Of a stretch of 64,000 bases of DNA, positions 50,574-61,856 are shown one piece after another. The notes under the pieces are model-generated. The model saw nothing but the letters and a program-made list of their open reading frames with translations. It searched no databases and was not told the DNA's origin. The stretch covers positions 1 to 64,000 of the forward strand of contig JANMPT010000110.1 of the NCBI GenBank assembly GCA_031370005.1, in the 5' to 3' direction. A program made the position numbers and the translations under genes. Origin of the DNA: Bdellovibrionales bacterium (GTDB lineage Bacteria > Bdellovibrionota > Bdellovibrionia > Bdellovibrionales > Bdellovibrionaceae). How positions within the stretch are numbered: position 1 is the first letter of the stretch; each line of letters begins with the position of its first letter.

Positions 50574-52022
50574 ATGCTTCGAATATACAATACTGAATCC
50601 AGAGCGTTAGAAAACTTTGAGCCTCTAGAGGAGGGCAAAGTGAAGATCTATGTCTGTGGGCCGACAGTTTATAATTTTCTTCATGTAGGAAACTTTCGCG
50701 GTGTTGTGTTTTTCAATCTTGTGCGGAATTGGCTAGAAAGTTTGGGTTATAAGGTTGAATATGCTCTAAATTTTACGGACGTGGACGATAAGATCATTGA
50801 AAGCGCCAATAAACAGGGGATGACTCCTGAGGAATTATCCGAGAAGTATATCGTCGAATATAAAAAAGATTTTTCATTATTGGGACTTCGACCTCACGAT
50901 TACAACCCTAAAGCAACCGAAAGCATAAATGAGATTTGCTCAATTGTGACGAAACTTATCGAGAAAAAGAAAGCTTATGTTGCCGATGGGGATGTGCTTT
51001 TTTCGATTGATAGTTTCCCTAGTTACGGAAAATTGAGTGGCCATCATGTTGAAGATCTTCAAGCCGGCGCCCGAGTGGAGATAGATAAAAAAAAGAAAAA
51101 CCCGTCGGACTTTGTTCTTTGGAAGGGCGTAAAGCCAGGGGAGCCTTCGTGGCCATCTCCTTGGGGGCCTGGTCGCCCAGGCTGGCACATTGAGTGTTCG
51201 GCGATGGTAGAGAAAATCTTTGGTGATCAGATTGATATTCATGGTGGAGGAACAGATTTAATTTTTCCACATCATGAAAATGAAATTGCCCAGAGCGAGG
51301 CCTGCACTGGAAAACATTTTGTAAAATATTGGATGCATTGGAATATGCTAAATTTTGGAAATCAAAAGATGTCCAAGTCCATTGGGAACTTCGTGACCAT
51401 GAGGGAGTTTCTCGAGCGGTATAATTCTGAAATCTATAAGTGGATGATCTTGTCGGTGCATTATCGTTCACCGAGTGACTTTAGCGATGAGGCCGTGGAT
51501 CGCGCGGTTTCCAATTTAGCACGTATTTATTCGGCGCTGGCTGTGGCTGAAAGTCTTTTGGCAAGCGGGCGAGCTGCGCTTGACCCTGATTTTGAAAAAA
51601 TAACGACCGAAGCCTGGGTGAAAGTGACGGAATCTTTAAATGATGATTTTGGGACTCCGAACGCAGTGGCTGCACTTTTTGAGGTGACTCGTTATTTTAA
51701 TAGCCAGGTCAAACGCGGGGTAAAGCCTAGCTCCAGTGCCCTTGGCAAAGCCCAAAGTTTTGTTGATTTTGTTCATAAGTTTGGTCATTTTATGGCGATG
51801 TTTAGTGAGACGGCGAGTGATTTTTTATTAAAACTCGATGATATGTTGCTCGAGCGGAAGAGTCTAAAACGTGAGGAAGTGGACCTTCTGGTCGCAGAAC
51901 GTTCCCGTGCTCGTGCGAATAAAGACTATGCCAAAGCTGATGAGTATCGAAAGAAGCTTACAGATTTGGGGATTTCTGTGAGTGACTCTACAGAGGCCAG
52001 CTTTTGGGAAGTGACAAAATAA
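50574..52022 (+). CDS. cysS: cysteine--tRNA ligase
   Basis: YVCGPTVY, HVGN, PGWHIECS, HGGG.DLIFPHHENE, KMSKS. Confidence 0.98.
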   Translation: MLRIYNTESRALENFEPLEEGKVKIYVCGPTVYNFLHVGNFRGVVFFNLVRNWLESLGYKVEYALNFTDVDDKIIESANKQGMTPEELSEKYIVEYKKDFSLLGLRPHDYNPKATESINEICSIVTKLIEKKKAYVADGDVLFSIDSFPSYGKLSGHHVEDLQAGARVEIDKKKKNPSDFVLWKGVKPGEPSWPSPWGPGRPGWHIECSAMVEKIFGDQIDIHGGGTDLIFPHHENEIAQSEACTGKHFVKYWMHWNMLNFGNQKMSKSIGNFVTMREFLERYNSEIYKWMILSVHYRSPSDFSDEAVDRAVSNLARIYSALAVAESLLASGRAALDPDFEKITTEAWVKVTESLNDDFGTPNAVAALFEVTRYFNSQVKRGVKPSSSALGKAQSFVDFVHKFGHFMAMFSETASDFLLKLDDMLLERKSLKREEVDLLVAERSRARANKDYAKADEYRKKLTDLGISVSDSTEASFWEVTK

Positions 52023-52047
52023 GCGAGCCAGTGCGGCCATGAGGCCT

Positions 52048-52569
52048 TTAAGGTTGGGCTCCGGGTTCAAGGCCAGAACTCCAAATCGTCTCGAAATCCT
52101 GAGCATAATGAGAGACCACCTCTGGATCGTTGAGGTAAATCTGATTTTCAGCATTGTAGTTAGATGCAGAAATGGAATAGTTGTAAGAGCCTGTTTCAAG
52201 CCAAGTCCCATCGACCAAGGTGAATTTGTTGTGCATGACTCCTTTTTGGGAGCCATAGCGGAGTTGGAAGCCTTCTTGGATCAATGAAGGAGTTTGGGAG
52301 GTTTGTCCCAGAGCCTGTTCTCGGTCCACTACCAAGCGAATCTTAACGCCTCTTTGTTTGGCCTGAGCAAGGGCATCGTGGATCTCTTTGAGTGAAAGAT
52401 TATAGATAGCCATATCGATGGTTTTCTTTGCGCTATTAATATAGCCAACAATGACTTGATCGCAGTTCCCACCTGGCGAGAAGCATGTTTGTAGGTTTTG
52501 AACTCCCCAGGCAGTAGTGAGAATGGAATTGCTTACGACAAAGAGCAAAAAGTACTTCAGAAGCTTCAT
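52048..52569 (-). CDS. exported single-HKD phospholipase D/Nuc-like protein
   Basis: Signal peptide, FSPGG, HNKFTLVD, TGSYNYS, NAEN. Confidence 0.9.
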   Translation of the reverse strand: MKLLKYFLLFVVSNSILTTAWGVQNLQTCFSPGGNCDQVIVGYINSAKKTIDMAIYNLSLKEIHDALAQAKQRGVKIRLVVDREQALGQTSQTPSLIQEGFQLRYGSQKGVMHNKFTLVDGTWLETGSYNYSISASNYNAENQIYLNDPEVVSHYAQDFETIWSSGLEPGAQP

Positions 52570-52657
52570 ATAGACCCCTCCATATGGTTAGCAACAATAC
52601 CAATAGATTTATTGAAAGCATCAAAAAAATTAAGTAGCCTATATTATCTTCCAACTT

Positions 52658-53281
52658 ATGGAGCGAGTCATGGATATAGAGCTTCGCGGTGTTGAAGTTG
52701 CATCTTTATTTAAGCTGAATCATCTTTTTGTTCCTGCACATGAGAAAGTTTTGATTTTTGGCCCCAGTGGAACCGGGAAAACAAGCTTGTTGCATTTAAT
52801 CGGCGGATTGTGGCGGCCCCTCCATGGTGAAATTCTTTTTAATGGCATCAATCTTTGCGGCATGAGGGATAATGAGCTGAGTCATTTTCGCCGTCGGCAA
52901 GTGGGCCTTATTTTTCAAAGAATGAATCTTATTGAGCATATGACCTGTGAGGAAAATCTGAGCCTTGTTTCCACCCAAAGAAATGGGGAGTATGAAGAAG
53001 TCCTTAGTAAAGTGGGACTTTTGGGCAAGCTCAAAGTGAAGGCTGGATCGTTAAGTCTTGGCGAGCAACAACGTTTGGCGGTGGTACGTGTACTTTTGCA
53101 AAATCCTCAGGTGATCTTGGCAGACGAGCCCACTTCGAGCCTTGATGAGGTCAACGCATTCAACGTTATGCAACTTTTACTTGAGGCCAGTCAGAAAAAA
53201 ACATTGATTATGGTCAGTCACGATTTGCGATTACAAAATCACTTTGATCGCTGTTTGGATTTTGGGAAAATGATAGCATGA
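52658..53281 (+). CDS. ABC transporter ATP-binding protein (LolD/MacB-like)
   Basis: GPSGTGKT, LSLGEQQR, LADEPT, SHD. Confidence 0.93.
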   Translation: MERVMDIELRGVEVASLFKLNHLFVPAHEKVLIFGPSGTGKTSLLHLIGGLWRPLHGEILFNGINLCGMRDNELSHFRRRQVGLIFQRMNLIEHMTCEENLSLVSTQRNGEYEEVLSKVGLLGKLKVKAGSLSLGEQQRLAVVRVLLQNPQVILADEPTSSLDEVNAFNVMQLLLEASQKKTLIMVSHDLRLQNHFDRCLDFGKMIA

Positions 53282-54513
53282 GTCCAGCAAAGATTGCCTA
53301 CCTTCATCTAGTTCGTCGAAAGCTCTCCAGTTTGATTGTTCTCTTGGGGATCACTCTGGCTGTGGCCTCCAGTGGAGTTTTATTGCGCCTTTATGGATTA
53401 AGCAATGAGCGCTTTGGCAGCTTAATTCATACAGGAGACGCTATTGTTGGAGCAAAGTCAGGAGCTCTGGATTTACTTTTAGGAATGCTAAATTTTGAGG
53501 GGGATTATCCTGACTATATCCCTTTAAATCTTTACACCACTTTGAATGCACAGGAATCTATTCACTTTGAAGATCGCGCCACAGTAAATCCGAATATTGT
53601 ACGTAATGTTTTTCCTTTTGTGCTTTTTGCAAAGTTCGATAAGTTTCGCGTTTACGCTACATCAAAAGAGTTTTTTAGCTTTCGTGAGCAAGAGATCCCA
53701 GTGCTTGCAGAAGGAGGCCCTCCTAGTGCCTCAGGCCAAATTGTGCTGGGATTTTCAATTGCGAAGAGTCTGGGGCTAAAATTAGGGGACTCTGTCCCGG
53801 CAAAAACTTGGATCGGAGGGGAGCCCTCGGCGCACTCGGAGCAAAACCTTCAGGTGGTGGGGATTTTTAAAGAAACTCACAGGGCCTGGGACCGAGTGGC
53901 CTTATCAGGGTGGGAAACTGCAGAAAATATTTTTAATGAAAATTTAATTTTATTCCACACGCCCTGGGGTCCAAAGGTTATGAACTTCATATTGGTCTAT
54001 TTAAAGCAGGGTGGCTTTTCCTATTTGGATAGTCTAATCAATCGTCGGACAGTTGCGCAGATGATTTCTGTTGGCAGTGGCTATCGTAAGCTGAATGAGC
54101 TAACCGGCACTGGCCGTCAGATGGGAATTCTCGTGGCGGCAATCATTTTACTTTTAGGGTTTAGCTCCGTCGCCTCAATGATGATTGGGCGCTTTGATAG
54201 TATGAATATACAGCTCGCAGTTTTACGGGCTTTAGGATATTCAAAAAAAGACTTGGTAAAGGTACTTTTATATGAGGCATTGTATTTAGCCATTATCGCT
54301 TGTTTACTGGGAGCACTTTTAGACGCGTCCTTGTTCCCATGGCTTAGATCCTCATTAGGAAGCAATGTGCCCAGTGAAGAGATCGTGTCCATGGGTATTT
54401 GGCGGAGTTGGCCGGTTTGGGCTGCTGTTATTGGAGGGAATGTTCTTTCGGTGCTCTATCCCATTTGGCGCGTTTCTAAACAAAATATTCACACCAGTCT
54501 TAGAAGTATTTAA
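53278..54513 (+). CDS. ABC transporter permease (MacB/FtsX type)
   Basis: N-terminal TM, periplasmic domain, LAVLRALGY, three C-terminal TMs. Confidence 0.9.
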   Translation: MSPAKIAYLHLVRRKLSSLIVLLGITLAVASSGVLLRLYGLSNERFGSLIHTGDAIVGAKSGALDLLLGMLNFEGDYPDYIPLNLYTTLNAQESIHFEDRATVNPNIVRNVFPFVLFAKFDKFRVYATSKEFFSFREQEIPVLAEGGPPSASGQIVLGFSIAKSLGLKLGDSVPAKTWIGGEPSAHSEQNLQVVGIFKETHRAWDRVALSGWETAENIFNENLILFHTPWGPKVMNFILVYLKQGGFSYLDSLINRRTVAQMISVGSGYRKLNELTGTGRQMGILVAAIILLLGFSSVASMMIGRFDSMNIQLAVLRALGYSKKDLVKVLLYEALYLAIIACLLGALLDASLFPWLRSSLGSNVPSEEIVSMGIWRSWPVWAAVIGGNVLSVLYPIWRVSKQNIHTSLRSI

Positions 54514-54531
54514 GATAAGGATTCTGTACTT

Positions 54532-56607
54532 ATGGCAGTCAAAAAAAAATTTGAACTAGTCTCAGAATTTAAACCCTCGGGGGATCAGCCAAAGGCCATC
54601 GAGGACTTATTGCAGAATTTTAAACTAGGTCTGAATCATCAAACTCTATTGGGTGTGACGGGCTCTGGGAAAACCTTTACTATGGCTCATGCCATAGCTC
54701 ATCTCAATGAACCAGCCCTGGTACTTGCTCCGAATAAAACTCTTGCGGCCCAACTTTATGCTGAGTTTAAGGAACTTTTTCCGAAAAACGCAGTGGAATA
54801 CTTTGTTAGTTACTACGATTATTATCAGCCTGAAGCTTATATTCCTTCGACGGACACTTATATTGAAAAAGATTCTGCGATTAATGAACAAATAGATCGC
54901 ATGCGCCATTCGGCCACGCGGTCTTTGTTTGATCGTCGGGATGTCATCATAGTTAGTTCTGTATCATGTATTTACGGTTTGGGCTCGCCGGAGGCCTATG
55001 AAGGAATGATGGTTCAGGTTGTAGCGAATTCTGAATTGAAGCGAGATCACTTTTTGCGAGAGCTCATTCGTATTCAGTACACACGAAATAATGTTGATTT
55101 CCATCGTGGAACGCTGCGGGTGCGCGGAGACATCGTCGAAATTTTTCCCTCCTACGAAGAACAGCGGGCGATTCGAGTTGAGTTCTTTGGTGATTATGTT
55201 GAGCGCATTTCGTGGGTAGATCCACTGACAGGTCAAATTTTAGAGGAGCTTGATCAGATTGGTATTTACCCGGGAAGCCATCACGTAACAGGAGACGAGA
55301 ATCTCAATCGCGCAATTAAAACAATTCAAGATGAATTGCGAGAACAGTTGGTGTTTTTAAAAAACAATTTAAAACTTTTAGAAGCTCAACGACTGGAGCA
55401 AAGAACCTATTATGATATTGAAATGATAGAGCAGATGGGATTCTGTCAGGGGATCGAGAATTACTCGCGCCATATGACGGGACGCAAAGCTGGCCAGCCT
55501 CCGCCAACTTTACTTGAGTACTTTCCGAAAAAATTTGTCACCTTTATTGACGAATCCCATGTCACTGTTCCACAAATTGGCGGGATGTATCGCGGAGATC
55601 GTGCCAGGAAGACCACCTTGGTCGAGCATGGATTTCGTTTACCTAGTGCCTTGGACAATCGTCCGCTGAATTTTCAAGAGTTTGAGCACATGATGGATAA
55701 GGTGGTATATGTCTCGGCGACGCCTGGAAATTATGAATTTCAAAAGTCGGAAGGCGTTATTGTTGAACAGATCATCCGTCCAACCGGATTGATTGACCCC
55801 GTTGTTGAAGTGCGACCAGTTCGCCATCAAGTGGATGATCTTTTGGTGGAAATTCGTGAACGAGTAAAAAATGGAGACCGTGTTTTAATCACAACCTTGA
55901 CGAAGCGAAGTGCCGAAGATTTGACGGAATACTATGAGAGCCTCGGGGTCAAGGTGAAGTACTTGCATAGCGATATTCAAACTATGGAGCGAACCGAAAT
56001 TCTACGTGATTTGCGCCTCGGTGTTTTTGACGTTCTTGTTGGTATCAATTTGCTTAGAGAGGGTTTGGATATTCCTGAAGTTAGCCTTGTTGGTATCACC
56101 GATGCAGATAAAGAGGGCTTTCTACGTTCAGAGAGATCTTTAGTCCAAACAATTGGCCGAGCGGCTCGTAACTTGAATGGCAAAGTGATTCTTTATGGAG
56201 ATCGTATCACTGATTCTATGAGAAAGGCGATGGAAGAGACGGATCGCCGACGTCGGATTCAATCTGAACATAATATTAAATATGGAATTACGCCTGCTTC
56301 AATAAAGAAAAGTATCAAAGATGGTCTTGGTGATGTCTTTGATGGATCATTGGGCGTCCACCTGGTGGATGGACCAGAGAAGAAACTTATGGGTATGGCT
56401 CAGAAGTTTGGCAATGAGCCTAGCAAGGTCGCCCAAGAAATTGAGAAACTTCGAAAGAAGATGAAAGAGTACTCTTCGGATTTGGAATTCGAGGAAGCGG
56501 CCAAGATTCGCGATGAAATTAAACGCCTACAAATTTTAGATCTCAGTATGCGAAGTGGAGTGCTGGAAAAAGAAACGGAAACTATCATTGAGGGCTTCAA
56601 GAAATAG
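54532..56607 (+). CDS. uvrB: excinuclease ABC subunit B
   Basis: [28 protein letters not shown]-terminal UVR domain. Confidence 0.98.
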   Translation: MAVKKKFELVSEFKPSGDQPKAIEDLLQNFKLGLNHQTLLGVTGSGKTFTMAHAIAHLNEPALVLAPNKTLAAQLYAEFKELFPKNAVEYFVSYYDYYQPEAYIPSTDTYIEKDSAINEQIDRMRHSATRSLFDRRDVIIVSSVSCIYGLGSPEAYEGMMVQVVANSELKRDHFLRELIRIQYTRNNVDFHRGTLRVRGDIVEIFPSYEEQRAIRVEFFGDYVERISWVDPLTGQILEELDQIGIYPGSHHVTGDENLNRAIKTIQDELREQLVFLKNNLKLLEAQRLEQRTYYDIEMIEQMGFCQGIENYSRHMTGRKAGQPPPTLLEYFPKKFVTFIDESHVTVPQIGGMYRGDRARKTTLVEHGFRLPSALDNRPLNFQEFEHMMDKVVYVSATPGNYEFQKSEGVIVEQIIRPTGLIDPVVEVRPVRHQVDDLLVEIRERVKNGDRVLITTLTKRSAEDLTEYYESLGVKVKYLHSDIQTMERTEILRDLRLGVFDVLVGINLLREGLDIPEVSLVGITDADKEGFLRSERSLVQTIGRAARNLNGKVILYGDRITDSMRKAMEETDRRRRIQSEHNIKYGITPASIKKSIKDGLGDVFDGSLGVHLVDGPEKKLMGMAQKFGNEPSKVAQEIEKLRKKMKEYSSDLEFEEAAKIRDEIKRLQILDLSMRSGVLEKETETIIEGFKK

Positions 56608-56608
56608 A

Positions 56609-58489
56609 ATGTCGCAGAAGTTTGAAGAGCTCAAAGAGCTAATTAAAAAATATCCAGTTCAAAGTGGCGTATATCTGATGAAGAGCGCTCTGGATAAAAT
56701 AATATATGTGGGAAAAGCAAAGAACCTGAGAAATCGGGTACGAAGTTACTTTACCGATAGCAAGGACCATACACCGAAAACACGGCTACTGGTTCAAAAT
56801 ATCAATCATATTGAATACATTCTAACCAAGACTGAGGTTGAAGCTTTTTTACTCGAAGCTTCTTTGATAAAAAAACATCGACCCAAATACAATATTCGTC
56901 TTCGCGATGACAAGTCCTATCCCTATATTCGACTAACTTGGAGTGAAGACTTTCCACGTTTATATCTCAGTCGCAAAGTGAAAAAAGATGGCAGTCTTTA
57001 TTTTGGTCCTTACACCAGCGGCGGCGCCGTATTTGGTACCATTCGATTTCTCAATCGCACATTTAAAATCCGTGACTGTACAGATGCTATGTTCAAATCT
57101 CGAAAGCGCCCCTGTATGACTCATCAAATCGGCCGTTGTACAGCTCCCTGTGTTCAATATATTTCCCATGATGACTATCATTCTGAAGTTGAGGGGGCTC
57201 TTTTGTTTTTAAAGGGCAAAAATAAAACTGTCGTAAAAACTATGAAACAGAAAATGCGGACAGCCGCAGAAGAAGAAAAGTTCGAGGTGGCGGCAAGACT
57301 TCGGGACTCTATCGAGGCCATTAAGTCGATTTTGCAAAAGCAATCCGTCATCAATGACACTACTGAGCAGGATCAAGATGCTATTGGCTACTTTGGAGAC
57401 GATCGAGGAACGCTTATTGAAACGATCCACGTTCGCCAAGGCCGGGTAATTGGAACTCGACCACATTTTATTTCATTGTTAGATGTGGTTGATCCCGCCA
57501 GTGATCCCCGAGAGTGGTTGGTTTCTTTCATGAATCAATACTATGAGGACAATATCATCCCTGATGAAGTTCTTTTGCCAACTGAAATTGGTGGGGATCT
57601 GGTAAAGCTCATGGAGGCTGTTTTACATGAGCGTTCGGGTCAAAAAAGTGTTGTACGTTTTGCCACGGATGAAAAAGGGCGGGCATTGGTGGATATGGCC
57701 AATCGGAATGCTGAGGCTCATTTTGAAAAATATGTGTCAAAGTCTGAAGAAAAAATGCGAGGCCTTGATGAAATTAAAGATCGTTTTGGGCTTGCTCAGC
57801 GCCCGACAAGGATTGAATGTTATGACATTTCAAATTTTCAGGGTTCAGAAACTGTAGCTTCTCAGGTGGTCTTTGAAGATGGAGTTCCAAGCAAAGAAAA
57901 TTATCGTCGCTATAAAATTAAGACGGTGGAAGGCTCAAATGATTTTGCTTCCATGTACGAAGTTCTTAGTCGTCGTTTTAAGCATCGCGAGTACGAGGAT
58001 CCGCATTTGCTGGTTGTCGATGGTGGAAAGGGGCAGTTGTCCCAGGCCATAAGAATTCTCGAAGAGATTGGGCGCAAAGACATTTCAGTGGTGGGCTTAG
58101 CGAAAGCTCGAACTGAATCAGATTTTCAGTCTTCTGTAGTTTCGAGCAGTGCTGAGCGGTTTTTTCTGCCTGGCCGACAAAATCCCTTAACCTTTCGAGC
58201 AAACTCTGAGGCTTTGCATATTTTGGTGGGAATTCGCGATGAGGCCCACCGATTTGCAATCACCTATCATCGCAAACTTCGAGAGAACACGAGCCTTGAG
58301 AGTGAGCTTGATTTTATCGTGGGTCTTGGTGAGAAGAGGAAGAAGATACTACTCACGCATTTTAAAGGAGTACAGGAGCTTAAGGAAGCGGATCCGGATG
58401 AGATTGCGAAGCTTAAAGGCTTTAATAGAGTACTTGCCGAGCGTGTGCTTTTGCAGTTGAATGAATCTGACGACGAAGAGGATTCATGA
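56609..58489 (+). CDS. uvrC: excinuclease ABC subunit C
   Basis: GVY..YVGKAKNLR GIY-YIG, ECYDIS, DGGKGQ, RDEAHRFA, HhH. Confidence 0.98.
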   Translation: MSQKFEELKELIKKYPVQSGVYLMKSALDKIIYVGKAKNLRNRVRSYFTDSKDHTPKTRLLVQNINHIEYILTKTEVEAFLLEASLIKKHRPKYNIRLRDDKSYPYIRLTWSEDFPRLYLSRKVKKDGSLYFGPYTSGGAVFGTIRFLNRTFKIRDCTDAMFKSRKRPCMTHQIGRCTAPCVQYISHDDYHSEVEGALLFLKGKNKTVVKTMKQKMRTAAEEEKFEVAARLRDSIEAIKSILQKQSVINDTTEQDQDAIGYFGDDRGTLIETIHVRQGRVIGTRPHFISLLDVVDPASDPREWLVSFMNQYYEDNIIPDEVLLPTEIGGDLVKLMEAVLHERSGQKSVVRFATDEKGRALVDMANRNAEAHFEKYVSKSEEKMRGLDEIKDRFGLAQRPTRIECYDISNFQGSETVASQVVFEDGVPSKENYRRYKIKTVEGSNDFASMYEVLSRRFKHREYEDPHLLVVDGGKGQLSQAIRILEEIGRKDISVVGLAKARTESDFQSSVVSSSAERFFLPGRQNPLTFRANSEALHILVGIRDEAHRFAITYHRKLRENTSLESELDFIVGLGEKRKKILLTHFKGVQELKEADPDEIAKLKGFNRVLAERVLLQLNESDDEEDS

Positions 58490-60045
58490 AAAAGCACGCC
58501 TTTTGGGTGGGATTAGGAATATTTTTTAGCCGTGTTGCGGGCCTTGTCCGCGAAAGGGTCTTTGCACACTACTTCGGTAACTCCGACGCCGGGGATGCCT
58601 TTAAAGCAGCGCTCAAAATCCCGAACTTTTTGCAGAATCTTTTTGGTGAAGGCGTTTTGTCGGCGAGTTTTATTCCAGTCTACGCACAGTTACTTGCAAA
58701 AAAGCTCGATGAAGACGCCGCGAAGGTGGCTTCAGTTGTTGGAAGTTTATTGTTTGTAGCCACATCAATTTTAGTTTTAATTGGAGTTTTTGCGACTCCA
58801 TTTTTAATTGATCTGATAGCTCCAGGTTTTCATGCTGAGAAAAAACAACTAACAATCCAGATCGTACAAATTCTTTTTCCAGGGACAGGGTTTTTAGTGA
58901 TGTCGGCTTGGTGCCTGGGGATTTTGAACTCTCATAAGAAGTTTTTTCTTTCTTATGTAGCCCCAGTGATTTGGAATATTGCCATTATCGTGGCGATTTT
59001 AGGGTGGCATCATCAGGATCAGTCTCAATTGGCAATCACGGCCTCTTATGGTCTAGTTGTTGGTAGCTTTTTACAGTTTCTTATTCAATTCCCTTTTGCA
59101 ATTAAGCTTGGAAAAAAGCTTTATCCAAGCCTTAGTTTGAAAACTGAAAGCGCACGAACTGTTTTAAAAAATTTCTTCCCAGTGGTTTTTTCACGTGGAG
59201 TGGTTCAGGTCAGTGCGTATATTGATAATGTGTTAGCAAGTCTTTTACCCACAGGGGCCGTTTCTAGTCTGGCTTATGCTCAAACCTTGTATCTACTTCC
59301 AGTGAGTCTTTTCGGAATGAGTGTCTCTGTAGCTGAGCTTCCGACAATGTCCCAGGCTGTTGGAAGTGATAAAGAGATTAGTTTGTATTTGCAAAAACGG
59401 CTGAACGGTGGATTGAGGCAGATTGCATTTTTTATTATTCCTTCAGTGGTTGGGTTTCTAGCTTTAGGTGATTTGATCGTTGGCGCTATTTTTCAAACGG
59501 GTGCATTTGATCGTAATAGTACAAACTACGTTTGGGCTGTTTTGGCAGGGTCAACAGTAGGGCTTCTTGCTAGTACTATGGGAAGACTTTATTCTTCTAC
59601 ATTTTATTCTTTAAAAGACACAAGAACTCCCCTAAAATTTGCACTTGTTCGCGTTTTCTTCACAACTATTTTGGGTGTGCTGTGTGCTTTCTATTTACCA
59701 GGAATTCTCGGGATAGATCGTAAGTGGGGGACGACCGGTTTGACTGCCTCTGCGGGACTTGCCGGTTGGCTTGAGTTTTACTTACTTCGTCATACACTCA
59801 ATAAGAAAATTGGCGATACTGGTTTGGAACTTTCTTTCCAATTGAAACTTTGGGGAATGGCAGTGGTAAGTGCAGCAGTTGCTTTTTGGTTGAAATTAGT
59901 ATTGAATGACTTTGGTTATATTGTTTTGCGTGCAATGTTTGTTCTGAGTGTTTATGGAGTTTTATATTTTGGATTTGGCTATGTGTTTAAGGTTGAGCAA
60001 GCAGTTTTGCTTGTTGATAAGATAAAGCGAAGAGTTTGGGAGTAA
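58486..60045 (+). CDS. murJ: lipid II flippase
   Basis: SRVAGLVRE, KIPN...LFGEG.LSASFIP. Confidence 0.93.
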   Translation: MKKHAFWVGLGIFFSRVAGLVRERVFAHYFGNSDAGDAFKAALKIPNFLQNLFGEGVLSASFIPVYAQLLAKKLDEDAAKVASVVGSLLFVATSILVLIGVFATPFLIDLIAPGFHAEKKQLTIQIVQILFPGTGFLVMSAWCLGILNSHKKFFLSYVAPVIWNIAIIVAILGWHHQDQSQLAITASYGLVVGSFLQFLIQFPFAIKLGKKLYPSLSLKTESARTVLKNFFPVVFSRGVVQVSAYIDNVLASLLPTGAVSSLAYAQTLYLLPVSLFGMSVSVAELPTMSQAVGSDKEISLYLQKRLNGGLRQIAFFIIPSVVGFLALGDLIVGAIFQTGAFDRNSTNYVWAVLAGSTVGLLASTMGRLYSSTFYSLKDTRTPLKFALVRVFFTTILGVLCAFYLPGILGIDRKWGTTGLTASAGLAGWLEFYLLRHTLNKKIGDTGLELSFQLKLWGMAVVSAAVAFWLKLVLNDFGYIVLRAMFVLSVYGVLYFGFGYVFKVEQAVLLVDKIKRRVWE

Positions 60046-60052
60046 TATACGT

Positions 60053-60511
60053 ATGAAAATATTAACTATAATTTGCTTATTTTTTATGACAGTTTCTGTG
60101 GCTCATGGGGAAGATCATGCTCTGGGTGTTATTCTCGGAGATCCCTCAGGGCTTTCAGGGAAAATGAAGTATGATGGTCGTCATTCGATTGATGGTGCCC
60201 TCGCATATTCTTCAGGAAGACACAGTGGCTTGCAGTTTCATGCTGATTACTTATGGGATCGCGCTCGAAGCTGGGGAACCACCCACGGGCCTATAGATAT
60301 GTACTATGGATTGGGTGGACGATTAATTTCTTATAACGACGAAGATCATAAAGCTCAAGTTTCTGTCGGACCACGTGGATCTTTGGGACTTGATTTTAAC
60401 ATCAATAACCCAAACATCGAATTCTTCGGCGAGCTAGCTGTTGTTTTAGAGGTGGTGCCCTCAATGACGGCGGATATCGATGCTGGTATCGGTGCGAGAA
60501 TTCGTTTCTAG
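60053..60511 (+). CDS. small outer-membrane beta-barrel protein (DUF3996-like)
   Basis: Signal peptide, LGVILGDPSGLSGK, HADYLW, C-terminal GARIRF. Confidence 0.8.
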   Translation: MKILTIICLFFMTVSVAHGEDHALGVILGDPSGLSGKMKYDGRHSIDGALAYSSGRHSGLQFHADYLWDRARSWGTTHGPIDMYYGLGGRLISYNDEDHKAQVSVGPRGSLGLDFNINNPNIEFFGELAVVLEVVPSMTADIDAGIGARIRF

Positions 60512-61551
60512 TTATTGCCAGGTTCACTATTTATTGTTGAAGCAAAACTGTGGATTAAAACGACCTGAATATTGTTTTTTGGATTTTCAATATCTTCAAG
60601 AATTATTCGACTAACGTTATTGTGGAATTCCGATACAAGGTCCATAAGCTTTTTGGCTGCTTTTTTTGACAAGGCATCCACCCGCACTGATGAAACGCTG
60701 GCATTTTTTTCAATGCCAGTGGGGGATTTTGCTGAAGGCTGTAGGATATATCTTTTCGAAGCCAAATCAGTAACATATTTTGTGAGTCCTCTTAGTTTTG
60801 CGTGTGGTACCCCTGAAAAACTGAAATCAAATGGACAGGGGTGGTATTTGTTTTCGTCAAATGTGATGAGCCCGCAAGTTAACATAATATGAAGCAAACC
60901 ACGGAGGTGTTCAATGGAGCAAGTCGAGTGATAAGCAAGAATTACTTCATTATGCGCGGGCAAGGATTGGTACTCTTCAAGCTGTAAAGCTGCATTAACA
61001 AATACAGACACTGGATTCTGGTGAACTAGTTCAAGTTGTATCATGTAGTGCTCATATCTTGAGCGCAATGCTGAGATATCTGAACAATCAATAAGACAAG
61101 TAAGAAATCCAATCAGCATCGCTGGAACTCGATCAATAATTTCCAGAACCTCTGCAAGATCTGGTGATAGTGCGCCCGAGACCCATTTTTTTATTTTTAA
61201 TGAGTATTTCTGCTGGTATTGTAAGCTCAGATTTAAGTTTTTAGAAAGCTCGGTTAAAGCGCGAGCAGGTGTGAACTCGCCTTCGAAGGTCCAGAACATT
61301 CTTCGAAAATTATTTTCTATGGGAACCTGCTGAATCTCGCACAAATGGATAAAGTCATCCCATTTAATTTGCGTGACTCCACTTTCCCATTTGCCGACCT
61401 GATTATAGGAAAAGCCAAGGGTTGAGCTTAGTTGCCTTTGGCTTACGGAACCGCGCAGTTTTTTAAAAACTTCCATAGCACAATGTTGATAGTCAATGCG
61501 CTCATCAATTAATTTTTGTAGTTTTTCAGGTGTAAGATTACGCTCAATCAT
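60508..61551 (-). CDS. XRE-HTH + DUF4423-like regulator
   Basis: LRGSVSQRQLS..LGFSYNQVGKWESG; C-terminal DUF4423-like segment. Confidence 0.75.
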   Translation of the reverse strand: MIERNLTPEKLQKLIDERIDYQHCAMEVFKKLRGSVSQRQLSSTLGFSYNQVGKWESGVTQIKWDDFIHLCEIQQVPIENNFRRMFWTFEGEFTPARALTELSKNLNLSLQYQQKYSLKIKKWVSGALSPDLAEVLEIIDRVPAMLIGFLTCLIDCSDISALRSRYEHYMIQLELVHQNPVSVFVNAALQLEEYQSLPAHNEVILAYHSTCSIEHLRGLLHIMLTCGLITFDENKYHPCPFDFSFSGVPHAKLRGLTKYVTDLASKRYILQPSAKSPTGIEKNASVSSVRVDALSKKAAKKLMDLVSEFHNNVSRIILEDIENPKNNIQVVLIHSFASTINSEPGNN

Positions 61552-61856
61552 TATTCTTGGTTTCTAGCACAACTTGGATTTAGGAACAGCCAAATTAAAA
61601 AAGTCCATTATCCTGGGTATAGGTATGGCTTCGTTGTGTAAGTATTACACTATGGGGGAGTGAGGTTCAAAATTTAAATACGAGTACTTTCGAGTTAAAG
61701 AAGCTCGTCTCAAATTGAAGCGTTCGAGGAAATGCATTCTTTGTATGGGCTGTGAAAAGTTGTTTGACTGTCGGTGCTGCTCAAATCCGTTATATTACTC
61801 AATGGATGCTTTTTTTTGGTCACAAATTTGCTTCCTATTTTGAACAGGGGGAATAA

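Noticed and set aside
52436..52654. 72-aa ORF overlapping the PLD gene start
   Set aside because: Overlaps the PLD CDS by 134 bp in another frame with no support; likely spurious
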